Below are positions 1-6,883 of a DNA stretch of 45,488 bases, piece by piece. Each line of letters starts with the position of its first letter. The first letter of the stretch is position 1. The notes beneath the pieces are model-generated. The model ran no database searches and was not told the origin of the DNA. It was given only the letters and a program-made list of their open reading frames with translations. This stretch comes from Geminicoccaceae bacterium (GTDB taxonomy: Bacteria; Pseudomonadota; Alphaproteobacteria; Geminicoccales; Geminicoccaceae). Where the stretch lies: the NCBI GenBank assembly GCA_036759485.1, contig DAIOUO010000001.1, positions 1-45,488 on the forward strand, in the 5' to 3' direction. The translations under genes and the position numbers were made by a program.

Positions 1-1410
1 GCCCGATGCCGCCGCTTCGGCGTCGTGGGCTCGGGCGAGGATCGAAACCGCTCGGTGGTAAGGGAGGCCACTCGCCGGAACGACCTCGCCCGAGGCGAGG
101 ACGAGCGACGCGTAAGGCGCGAGGTCGGCCACGAGCTCGAGCTTGGCCATGAGGCAGGCATCGAAGATCACGAGGTCGAGCGGTGCTTCCTCCTCGAGCC
201 CGTCGCGTAGAGCGGCGAGCAGCTCGTCGATGTCGAGCGCGTCCGCGGAACCGTCGTCGGTCGCGATCCGCGTGCCTGCGCCGTGGCCCCACAGGAGGAG
301 AGCGCGGCGCCGTGCCGGAAAGGTCGAGCGACCCCAACGAAGGAGCTCGCGCAAGAGCGCCGGATCCCCCGTGTTGCGCGGCCCGCGCGGCTCGACCACG
401 AGGCGGGGGGATTCGCCGGACGGCTCCGAAGAGGTCGCCGGCAACACGGCGAATCGGCCGCAGAGAGCCGCGTCGCGCGAATCGAGCTCGCCCGCCACGT
501 GGAGCCGATCGAGTTCGGGCGCCGCCGAGAGCTCCGCGAGGTCGGCCCGCAGCTCGCCCGCCAGATCGTTGTCGGCGGCCGCTAGGGTCAGCACCGCCCA
601 GCGGCGCATCGGCTGCCGGCCCAGGCCCGAGAGGCCCCCGCCGACCGCCGCGAATGACCGCCCGTCCGTCGCCGCCGCGAGCCGCCGACGCATCTCGGCC
701 AGCAGACGGCGGAACGGCGCCGTTCGGCTCAGGACGAAGCGCCTCGGGGGCGGGCCGGGCTCGCCGTGCAGCCGGGCGCGCAGCCGCCGCAGCAGGCGCG
801 CGGCATCGGCCCGCTTGGCGTCGACCATCGAGCGCCGCGCCCACCGTACGACGGCGTCCGCCCGCCGTGGCCCGACCGTCTCGCACAACACGGCCTCGAA
901 TGCCGCGCGCGTGCGTTCCGGATAGAAGCGGGCGGCGAGGGCGCGCGCGGCCGCCTCCGCTTCGCCGGCGCCGATCAGCCCGAGCCGCTCCAGGCGCGCG
1001 AGTGTGGCCCGGAGGTTCACCATGGGCTCGCTCAACGCCGGCCAGCCCAGTTCGGCCGGACCGTGCAGGAGCGCCACCTCGTCGTCGGCATCGAGGAGGC
1101 CGTCGCGGTAGGCGGCGAAGATCGTCCCCACCCCCTCCATGCCGAAGGGATGCAGCTCGGCCGCCCGCAACGCCCCCATGCTGGCGGCGCCGAGCACCGG
1201 GATGCCCGACTCGAGTGCCGCGAGTATCTCCTTGTGCCAGACCGCCGGCTCGTGGCCGAACACACCGTCGACGAGCCCGATCAGTCGTGCTCCCTCGCCG
1301 ACCGCGCGCAGCACGTCTCCTTGGGCGGCCGGCGGCAGCACGCGGATGCCGGGCAGCTCCAGGCGATGAAGGCGCGGGAAGCTCGGTCCGACGAACAGCA
1401 CGGCGCTCAC
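1..1410 (-). CDS. TfuA-like domain fused to a clostripain-like (peptidase C11) domain; partial, the C-terminus lies beyond the left window edge
   Basis: This minus-strand frame is open from 1410 to position 1 (470 codons) and is not in the supplied ORF track because it has no stop inside the window. GTG at 1410..1408 overlaps the YcaO TGA at 1409..1407. My translation starts VSAVLFVGPSFPRLHRLELPGIRVLPPAAQGDVLRAVGEGARLIGLVDGVFGHEPAVWHKEILAALESGIPVLGAASMGALRAAELHPFGMEGVGTIFAAYRDGLLDADDEVALLHGP, which matches TfuA hallmark stretches as I recall them. From about aa 266 it reads RRWAVLTLAAADNDLAGELRADLAEL...RRALLLWGHGAG...APLDLVIFDACLMAKLELVADLAPYA. These match the C11 N-terminal motif and the His/Cys dyad motifs (His codon about 285..283, Cys codon about 156..154). 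Confidence 0.8.
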   Translation of the reverse strand, partial: MSAVLFVGPSFPRLHRLELPGIRVLPPAAQGDVLRAVGEGARLIGLVDGVFGHEPAVWHKEILAALESGIPVLGAASMGALRAAELHPFGMEGVGTIFAAYRDGLLDADDEVALLHGPAELGWPALSEPMVNLRATLARLERLGLIGAGEAEAAARALAARFYPERTRAAFEAVLCETVGPRRADAVVRWARRSMVDAKRADAARLLRRLRARLHGEPGPPPRRFVLSRTAPFRRLLAEMRRRLAAATDGRSFAAVGGGLSGLGRQPMRRWAVLTLAAADNDLAGELRADLAELSAAPELDRLHVAGELDSRDAALCGRFAVLPATSSEPSGESPRLVVEPRGPRNTGDPALLRELLRWGRSTFPARRRALLLWGHGAGTRIATDDGSADALDIDELLAALRDGLEEEAPLDLVIFDACLMAKLELVADLAPYASLVLASGEVVPASGLPYHRAVSILARAHDAEAAASG

Positions 1411-2612
1411 GGCCGGGCTCCGAGCGCGCGAGCCCTGGGCCCCGGGACCCAACCCTCGAGGTCGAGCCCGTCCTCGAGGCCGGGCAGGAGGAGCTTGACG
1501 ACCGGCACGCCGACGTCGGGACGAGAGAGATCGACCAGGACCGGGCCGGGGATTCCCCGCCGTCCGAGGCGGTCGAGAAGCCTGGCCAGCTGGTCGACGG
1601 CCGGCAGAGCCGGATCCCAGGCTGGTGCCGACAGAAGCCGCCCACCCGGCCGTCGCAGGAGGTTGCGATGGTGGGCGAGCCGAGCCGGGTCGATCGCGGC
1701 GTAGCGATCGCGACCGATGTCGTCGCGCGAGCCCGTGATCTGCGTGAGCCTCGCCTGGACGGCCTCGAGGAGGGCGGCCAGAAGAGCGGCCTCCGGATCG
1801 GCCCGGCAGGCGCTGCCGAACTCCCAGCCGCCCGGATCGTGTGCGCGCGGGCGGTCGGCCACGAGATGGCAGAGGCAGACCGGCACGCCGAGGTCGGAGG
1901 TGACGTCCCAAGCACCCACGAGCATCTCGGCGTCCCGCAGCCGAGCGAGGAGGTCGCGAAGGTCCGCCCGGCGGACGGTCGCGAGGTCGATTCGGGTCGA
2001 GGCCCGATCGAAGGGATCGCGCAGGCCCCAAAGCGTCACCGCGTCCCGCTCGACCAGCTCGAGGAGGGCGTGCAGGGCCGCTTCCGCCGGTGTGCGGCCA
2101 CTCGCGAGGCCGCTCGTCGTGAGCGTGAAGCAGCCGCGCCCCGCCGGCGCAGGGAGTGTCGTGTCGAGCTCGACGAGCTCGGCCGGCACCATGATCGGGC
2201 GACCGCTCGCGAGATCGCGACCCGCGACCCAGGGGATCGGCAGGTCCGGCCGCAGACGGCTGCCGCGCGGTGGGCTCAACGCCGAAAGATCGAGGAACCC
2301 GGGATCGCCCGCGACCCGCGCCGGAGCGGCACGGAGCTCGGCCAGCCCCGGGGTCTCGGCATGCCAGGTCTCGATGCTCTCCATGAGCGCACCGGCGCGG
2401 GCCTGCTCCCGGGTGAGACCTTTGCCTTGGCTCACCGAGAGAGCCCGCCCGTTGGGCCGGCAGCAGACCGCCACGGGCACGCCCAGATGGTCGAGGCCGG
2501 TGACGTCCGCGAGGCGAGTGATGCCGAAGAGACCGAGGCGCGGCCGCAGCCAGCGGACGAGATCCTCGGCCGAGCCCACCGGCAGCGCGGGCCCGTCGGG
2601 AAGGCCGAGCAA
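1407..2612 (-). CDS. YcaO-domain protein (TfuA-associated type, ATP-dependent peptide backbone-modifying enzyme family)
   Basis: 401-aa ORF containing GITRLADVTGLDHLGVPVAVCCRPNGRALSVSQGKGLTREQARAGALMESIETWHAE (a YcaO-type S-x-GKG ... E-x-x-E stretch) and a proline-rich C-terminal region (GVPVVKLLLPGLE). The stop overlaps the downstream TfuA-like start as GTGA. The start is uncertain: TTG at 2612 or GTG at 2579, and neither has a strong SD. Confidence 0.9.
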   Translation of the reverse strand: MLGLPDGPALPVGSAEDLVRWLRPRLGLFGITRLADVTGLDHLGVPVAVCCRPNGRALSVSQGKGLTREQARAGALMESIETWHAETPGLAELRAAPARVAGDPGFLDLSALSPPRGSRLRPDLPIPWVAGRDLASGRPIMVPAELVELDTTLPAPAGRGCFTLTTSGLASGRTPAEAALHALLELVERDAVTLWGLRDPFDRASTRIDLATVRRADLRDLLARLRDAEMLVGAWDVTSDLGVPVCLCHLVADRPRAHDPGGWEFGSACRADPEAALLAALLEAVQARLTQITGSRDDIGRDRYAAIDPARLAHHRNLLRRPGGRLLSAPAWDPALPAVDQLARLLDRLGRRGIPGPVLVDLSRPDVGVPVVKLLLPGLEDGLDLEGWVPGPRARALGARP

Positions 2613-2656
2613 GGGATGGAGCGGGCGCCCCGGTCCCGGCCGGGGCGCCCACGCGC

Positions 2657-3058
2657 TCAGGCGCCGTCCGGACCGGCGGCGAAGCGCTGCTTGCCGGCGG
2701 TGGGGCCGACCGGCTCGGGCGCGTCGAACAGGCCGGCGGCGAAGCGCTGCTTGCCGCCCGCCGGCGCCGTGGGTTCGACCGCCTCGAGGAGACCCGGGGC
2801 GAAACGCTGCTTGCCACCCGAGGGGCTCCCGGCGTCGGCCTCGACGACCATCAGCCGGTCGCTCAGGAGAGCGCTCTTGAGCCCGGCGAGCGCCGGGGCG
2901 TTGTCGAGTGCGGCGATCACGCCGTCACCGGTCGGGCTGCCGCGCTGCTGATCGTCGGGCAGCCGGTAGCGGTCGACGAGATCGGCCAGCGGGACGAAGA
3001 ACAGGCTGTCGTCGCGGGCGCGCAGGAGCACGCCCGGCTGGTTGGGGAGATCGTTCAT
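2657..3058 (-). CDS. Candidate RiPP precursor peptide, 133 aa, with an ~80-aa leader-like N-terminus and three tandem C-terminal repeats
   Basis: ATG at 3058 is preceded by GGAG (plus-strand ctcc at 3065-3068) with a 6-nt spacer. Third-codon-position G+C is very high by hand count, unlike the overlapping plus-strand shadow ORF. The C-terminus reads SGGKQRFAPGLLEAVEPTAPA/GGKQRFAAGLFDAPEPVGPT/AGKQRFAAGPDGA. The gene lies 44 nt upstream of the YcaO gene on the same strand. Confidence 0.7.
   Translation of the reverse strand: MNDLPNQPGVLLRARDDSLFFVPLADLVDRYRLPDDQQRGSPTGDGVIAALDNAPALAGLKSALLSDRLMVVEADAGSPSGGKQRFAPGLLEAVEPTAPAGGKQRFAAGLFDAPEPVGPTAGKQRFAAGPDGA
2660..2818 (-). repeat. Three in-frame tandem repeats with an exact 60-nt (20-aa) period inside the precursor ORF
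   Basis: The identical 21-mer ggcggcgaagcgctgcttgcc occurs at 2675-2695 and 2735-2755. A third copy, cggggcgaaacgctgcttgcc, lies at 2795-2815 and matches 18 of 21 positions. The spacing is exactly 60 nt. The conserved peptide core is GKQRFA[AP]G, and the inter-core segments are more diverged. Confidence 0.85.
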
Positions 3059-3131
3059 CGGGCGCTCCGGTTGGGGGAGCTGGACGCGTCGCGGCCTCGG
3101 CCGCGAAGGCCTTATGGCCTATTATAGGACA
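3059..3131 (-). promoter_or_regulatory. Intergenic region upstream of the precursor gene: a perfect TATAAT, two short GC hairpins and the precursor SD
   Basis: On the minus strand, TATAAT corresponds to plus-strand attata at 3121-3126, in a locally AT-rich patch. Inverted repeats are aggcc-ttat-ggcct (3107-3120) and cgcggcc-tc-ggccgcg (3090-3105). No good -35 lies at 17 nt; the TTGACT that overlaps the bpt stop is only 7 nt away. The hairpins could equally be a weak bpt terminator. Confidence 0.35.
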
Positions 3132-3893
3132 TTAGTCAAGATCCTTCCTCGGATCTCGGTCGGAGCCATCGACCTCGGACTCGTCCAATGGCCGCCACAC
3201 CCAGCCCTCGAGCGCCTCGAGCGGCCGGAAACGCCGCTTGTAGGCCATCTTGCGACAATCGGCGATCCAATAGCCCAGATAGACGTAGGGCAACCCGAGC
3301 TCGCGCGCGCGCTGGACGTGCCAGAGAATGAGCAAGGTTCCGAGCGAGCGGTCCGGCTCCTCCGGCTCGAAGAACTTGTAGACGCCCGAGAGACCGGAGG
3401 CGACATAGTCGGTGAGGCTCACCGCCATCAGCCGCCCGTCGGTTCGCCGCAGCTCGATCAGCCGGGTCGAGCGCCCGGTCTCCTCGACCATCTCGACGAA
3501 ATCGCGCCAGCCCATCTCGGCCATGCCACCGTCGCCGTGGCGCGCCTGGATGTAGCGGCGGAACAAGAGGAACTGCTCGTCGGTCGCCCGAGCCGGCCGC
3601 TCGCTCGGCCGGAGGTCGGCGTTCCTCTTGAGAATCTTGCGGAACGTTCGCCTCGGTACGAAGTCCGCCACCCTGATGCGCGTCGGTATACAGGCCCGGC
3701 AGTCGGGGCAAGCGGGCTTGTAGAGGAAGCGCTGGCTACGGCGGAAGCCGGCCGCGGTGAGCTGGTCGAGCAGCGTCTCCTCTTCCGCCGGGTCGAGGAC
3801 CGTGACGAGCCGGCGCTCGAGAAGCCCCGGTCGATAGGGACAGGGCGAGAGCTCGGTCGCATAGAACCGGCGGTTCGGGGTCGAGCCGTCCAA
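3132..3893 (-). CDS. bpt: Arginyl/leucyl-tRNA--protein transferase of the Bpt (bacterial Ate1-like) family
   Basis: The sequence RRFYATELSPCPYRPGLLERRLVTVL...GFRRSQRFLYKPACPDCRACIPTRIRV...LGTLLILWHVQRARELGLPYVYLGYWIADCRKMAYKRRF is typical of Bpt. The listed 353-aa ORF over-extends at the N-terminus. I place the start at the in-frame TTG at 3893 (codon 101 of the listed ORF), preceded by GAGGA. The start is uncertain. Confidence 0.8.
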   Translation of the reverse strand: MDGSTPNRRFYATELSPCPYRPGLLERRLVTVLDPAEEETLLDQLTAAGFRRSQRFLYKPACPDCRACIPTRIRVADFVPRRTFRKILKRNADLRPSERPARATDEQFLLFRRYIQARHGDGGMAEMGWRDFVEMVEETGRSTRLIELRRTDGRLMAVSLTDYVASGLSGVYKFFEPEEPDRSLGTLLILWHVQRARELGLPYVYLGYWIADCRKMAYKRRFRPLEALEGWVWRPLDESEVDGSDRDPRKDLD

Positions 3894-3951
3894 GCGGTCC
3901 TCGTCACGCTGCGGCGACGATGGAGCCGGATGCGGGATCGCCGGCCGCTCG

Positions 3952-4161
3952 TCAATGGCCGCGCGACAGACGCAGGAGGGCGCGGGCGACGGCGAGCGAG
4001 CGTTCGACCAGCACGAGCGGTGGCACGAACACCACGAGCCACGCGAACACCGCCTCGACGGCGAGCGCCGAGGGATCCGTGCTGCGGCCGGCGCAGAGGA
4101 GGTAGAGCAGCCCCACGAGCGTGGCCGAAGCGAGAAGGTAGAGCAGAACCAGGCGTCGCAC
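3952..4161 (-). CDS. Small hydrophobic membrane protein (69 aa), function unknown
   Basis: GTG start at 4161 is preceded by GGAGG. GC3 is high. Two hydrophobic segments are present (LVLLYLLASATLVGLLYLLCA and AVFAWLVVFVPPLVLV). Confidence 0.5.
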   Translation of the reverse strand: MRRLVLLYLLASATLVGLLYLLCAGRSTDPSALAVEAVFAWLVVFVPPLVLVERSLAVARALLRLSRGH

Positions 4162-4226
4162 GGCACCTCCGTTGACGACAGCTTGTCAGACAACTATCCT
4201 AGGAACGTCAGCAGACGAGAGCCGCG

Positions 4227-4520
4227 ATGAAGGAGCTGCTCGGGACCCTAGTCCGCGCCGCCCGGCGCTTCGCCGGCTACGGAGGGAGCCGGATCGTCCT
4301 GCGCGCGACCGGCGAGCCGGTCCGCATCTTGGGCGTTCGAAGCCCTGCCGACCCGGAGGATCGCGCCTGCCTCGTCGAGACGTCGAGCGGCGAGATCCGC
4401 CTCGTTCGCCCCGAGGAGCTCGCCGGCGACGGCCCGGCCCCGATCGAGGCCGTCCTTCTCCAGCTGGCGCTGGCCCTTGCCGCCGGTGTGGCTACCCTGG
4501 CCACGCTCGGCGCTCGCTGA
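4227..4520 (+). CDS. Hypothetical protein (97 aa) with a C-terminal hydrophobic segment
   Basis: ATG ORF with high GC3 and no recognisable family. Confidence 0.45.
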   Translation: MKELLGTLVRAARRFAGYGGSRIVLRATGEPVRILGVRSPADPEDRACLVETSSGEIRLVRPEELAGDGPAPIEAVLLQLALALAAGVATLATLGAR

Positions 4521-4536
4521 GCGGTCTCGGCCTCGC

Positions 4537-4761
4537 TCAGCCCACGAGCCCGTGCAGGATCGCCCGCAACAGGCCCCAGAGCCGCCCGTCCTCGAACAGA
4601 CGCTGCACCAGCAGGGTGAGCGTGGCACCGAGGCAGGCGGCAGCCGCGATGCCCGTCGGCCCCACCCCGGCACGGGGCGGCCGCGGCGGTCGCGCGACGG
4701 CGTCCTCGGGAGCCTCGCGTCCGCCGATGTTCACCGCGAAGCGTTCGACGGGTCGAATCAT
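4537..4761 (-). CDS. Hypothetical small membrane protein (74 aa)
   Basis: ATG is preceded by GGAGAC. GC3 is high. One hydrophobic segment is present (GIAAAACLGATLTLLV). Confidence 0.4.
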   Translation of the reverse strand: MIRPVERFAVNIGGREAPEDAVARPPRPPRAGVGPTGIAAAACLGATLTLLVQRLFEDGRLWGLLRAILHGLVG

Positions 4762-4891
4762 GGTCCGTCTCCGGCGCGTCTCGTCGCGCGAGAAAAGACC
4801 ACGACCGGCCGCGGACAGAGTTAAAGATTCGTGAAGAAGGTCGAGCAGCCGTCCCCGGTTACGCCTCGCCGTTCACGATTCGTCACCGCCC

Positions 4892-6883
4892 TCAGACGTC
4901 GAGCCCGGTGACCTGGAGCGCATGTTCCTGGATGTAGGCGAGCCGCAGCTCCGGCCGCCGGCCCATCAGCCGCTCGACCAGCTCGGCCGGTGAGCGACCC
5001 GCCACGTCCTCGAGCCGGACCCGCAGGAGCTGACGACGCGCCGGGTCCATCGTGGTCTCGCGCAGTTGCGCAGGGTTCATCTCGCCGAGGCCCTTGAACC
5101 GACCGACCTCGACGTTGCGTTTGCCCTTGAAAACGGTGGCGAGGAGCCGCTCACGGTCGCGCTCGTCGCGGGCATAGGCGACGAGCCCGCCGGCGGAGAG
5201 GCGGTAAAGGGGAGGTTGGGCCAGGAACAGATGGCCGTGCTCGATGAGCGGCCGCATCTCGCGAAAGAAGAAGGTCAAGAGGAGTGCCGCGATGTGCGCT
5301 CCGTCGACGTCCGCGTCGGTCATCACGATGACACGCTCGTAGCGCAGATCGTCGAGCTTCAGCCGCGCACCCGTGCCACAACCGAGCGCGGTCACGAGGT
5401 CCTGCAGTTCGCGGTTGGCGGCGAGCTTGTCGGTGGTCGCCGCGGCGACGTTCAGGATCTTGCCGCGGAGCGGCAGGATCGCCTGGGTTTCCCGGTCGCG
5501 GGCCTGCTTGGCCGAGCCGCCCGCCGAATCGCCCTCGACGATGAAGAGCTCGGTGCCCTCGCGACCCTCGCGCGCACAGTCGGCGAGCTTGCCCGGCAGT
5601 CGGAGCTTGCGAGTGGTGCTCTTGCGGCCGACCTCCTCCTTCGCCTTGCGGCGCGCGAGCCGTTCCTCGGCGCGGCTGACGAGCACGTCGAGCAGCCGGC
5701 CCGCCTCGGCCGGATGACCGGCGAGCCACAGCTCGAAGCGGTCCTTGAGCGCAGCCTCGACCAGCCGGCCGGCATCCGGGCTCACCAGGCGCTCCTTGGT
5801 CTGCCCCTGGAACTGGGGCTCGCGGACGAACAGCGAGAGCAGAACCGCCGCGCCGCCGAGCACGTCCTCGCCGGTCAGGAGCTGGGCCTTCTTGAGCCCG
5901 GCCCGCTCGGCGTGCGCCTTGAGGCCCTTGAGCAGTGCTGCGCGAAGCCCGGCCTCGTGGGTGCCGCCCAAGGGCGTGGGAACGGTGTTGCAGTACCAGC
6001 CGGCATAGCCCTCCTCGTCGGCCGGCCAGGCCACCGCCCACTCGACCCGACCGCCCCCCTCGAGCTCGGCCTCGCCGGTGAACGGCTCGTCGATGACCCG
6101 AGGGCGGCCGGCGAGCAGGCTCTCGAGAAAGTCGCCGAGGCCCCTCGGGAAGTGGAATACCTCCTCGGCCGGAACCGCGTCCCCGGGCTGCAGCAACGCC
6201 GGGTCGCAGCGCCAGCGGATCTCGACTCCACGGAAGAGATAGGCCTTCGAGCGGGCCATGCGGTGCAGCAGGACCGGCCGGAAGCGCACCGAGGCCGGGA
6301 AGATCGTCCGATCGGGTACGAAGCTCACGGCGGTGCCGCGGCGGTTCGGGGCGGCACCGACCCGCTCGACCGGGCCGAGCGGCTGTCCGCGCCGGTAACG
6401 CTGACGGAAGAGCTCGCGGTTGCGTGCGACCTCGACCTCGAGCTCCTCGGCGAGCGCGTTGACCACCGAGACACCCACCCCGTGCAGCCCGCCCGCGGTG
6501 GCGTAGGCCTTGCCCGAGAACTTGCCGCCCGAATGCAGGGTGGTGAGGATGACCTCGAGTGCGCTCTTGTCGGGAAAGCGCGGGTGCGGCTCGACCGGGA
6601 TACCGCGGCCGTTGTCGCGGACCGTGACGCGCTCGCCCGGCCCGAGTTCGAGCTCGATGCCTGTGGCGTGGCCGGCCACGGCTTCGTCCATCGCGTTGTC
6701 GAGGAGCTCGGCGACGAGGTGGTGCAGCGCCCGCTCGTCGGTCCCGCCCACATACATGCCCGGCCGGCGGCGGACCGGCTCGAGGCCTTCGAGGACCTCG
6801 ATGTCGTGCGCCGTGTAGCTGTCCTTGGCGACGGCCGGTCCGGCATCCCGGCCGGCCTCGACGCCGTCGAGCAGGTCTCCCAT
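4892..6883 (-). CDS. parE: DNA topoisomerase IV subunit B
   Basis: From the internal ATG at 6883 the sequence reads MGDLLDG...YTAHDIEVLEGLEPVRRRPGMYVGGTDERALHHLVAELLDNAMDEAVAGHA...RDNGRGIPV...LHGVG...ELFIVEGDSAGGSAKQARDR...QAILPLRGKILNV. This is a type IIA topoisomerase B subunit of 663 aa, a length that fits ParE rather than GyrB. The 601 codons upstream in the listed ORF are antisense to the TPP-enzyme gene and are rejected. Confidence 0.9.
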   Translation of the reverse strand: MGDLLDGVEAGRDAGPAVAKDSYTAHDIEVLEGLEPVRRRPGMYVGGTDERALHHLVAELLDNAMDEAVAGHATGIELELGPGERVTVRDNGRGIPVEPHPRFPDKSALEVILTTLHSGGKFSGKAYATAGGLHGVGVSVVNALAEELEVEVARNRELFRQRYRRGQPLGPVERVGAAPNRRGTAVSFVPDRTIFPASVRFRPVLLHRMARSKAYLFRGVEIRWRCDPALLQPGDAVPAEEVFHFPRGLGDFLESLLAGRPRVIDEPFTGEAELEGGGRVEWAVAWPADEEGYAGWYCNTVPTPLGGTHEAGLRAALLKGLKAHAERAGLKKAQLLTGEDVLGGAAVLLSLFVREPQFQGQTKERLVSPDAGRLVEAALKDRFELWLAGHPAEAGRLLDVLVSRAEERLARRKAKEEVGRKSTTRKLRLPGKLADCAREGREGTELFIVEGDSAGGSAKQARDRETQAILPLRGKILNVAAATTDKLAANRELQDLVTALGCGTGARLKLDDLRYERVIVMTDADVDGAHIAALLLTFFFREMRPLIEHGHLFLAQPPLYRLSAGGLVAYARDERDRERLLATVFKGKRNVEVGRFKGLGEMNPAQLRETTMDPARRQLLRVRLEDVAGRSPAELVERLMGRRPELRLAYIQEHALQVTGLDV

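Noticed and set aside
2660-2818. Could the 60-nt periodic repeat be a small CRISPR array or a noncoding tandem repeat?
   Set aside because: There are only three copies. The 'spacers' are themselves partly conserved. The whole unit is in frame within an ORF that has a good SD and very high GC3. No cas genes are nearby. A coding repeat is the better explanation.
183-2951. 922-aa plus-strand ORF, the longest in the left part of the window, together with the other plus-strand ORFs at 143-925, 766-1704 and 1717-2880
   Set aside because: Their composition is extremely Arg/Ala/Pro/Gly-rich and of low complexity. They lie antisense to the well-supported YcaO, TfuA-like and precursor genes, and the high-GC third positions fall in the minus-strand frames. 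They are typical shadow ORFs of a high-GC genome.
3121-3140. TTGACT plus TATAAT as a canonical sigma-70 promoter for the precursor gene
   Set aside because: The two hexamers are separated by only 7 nt rather than about 17, and TTGACT overlaps the bpt stop codon. I keep only the TATAAT as a possible -10 element, at low confidence.
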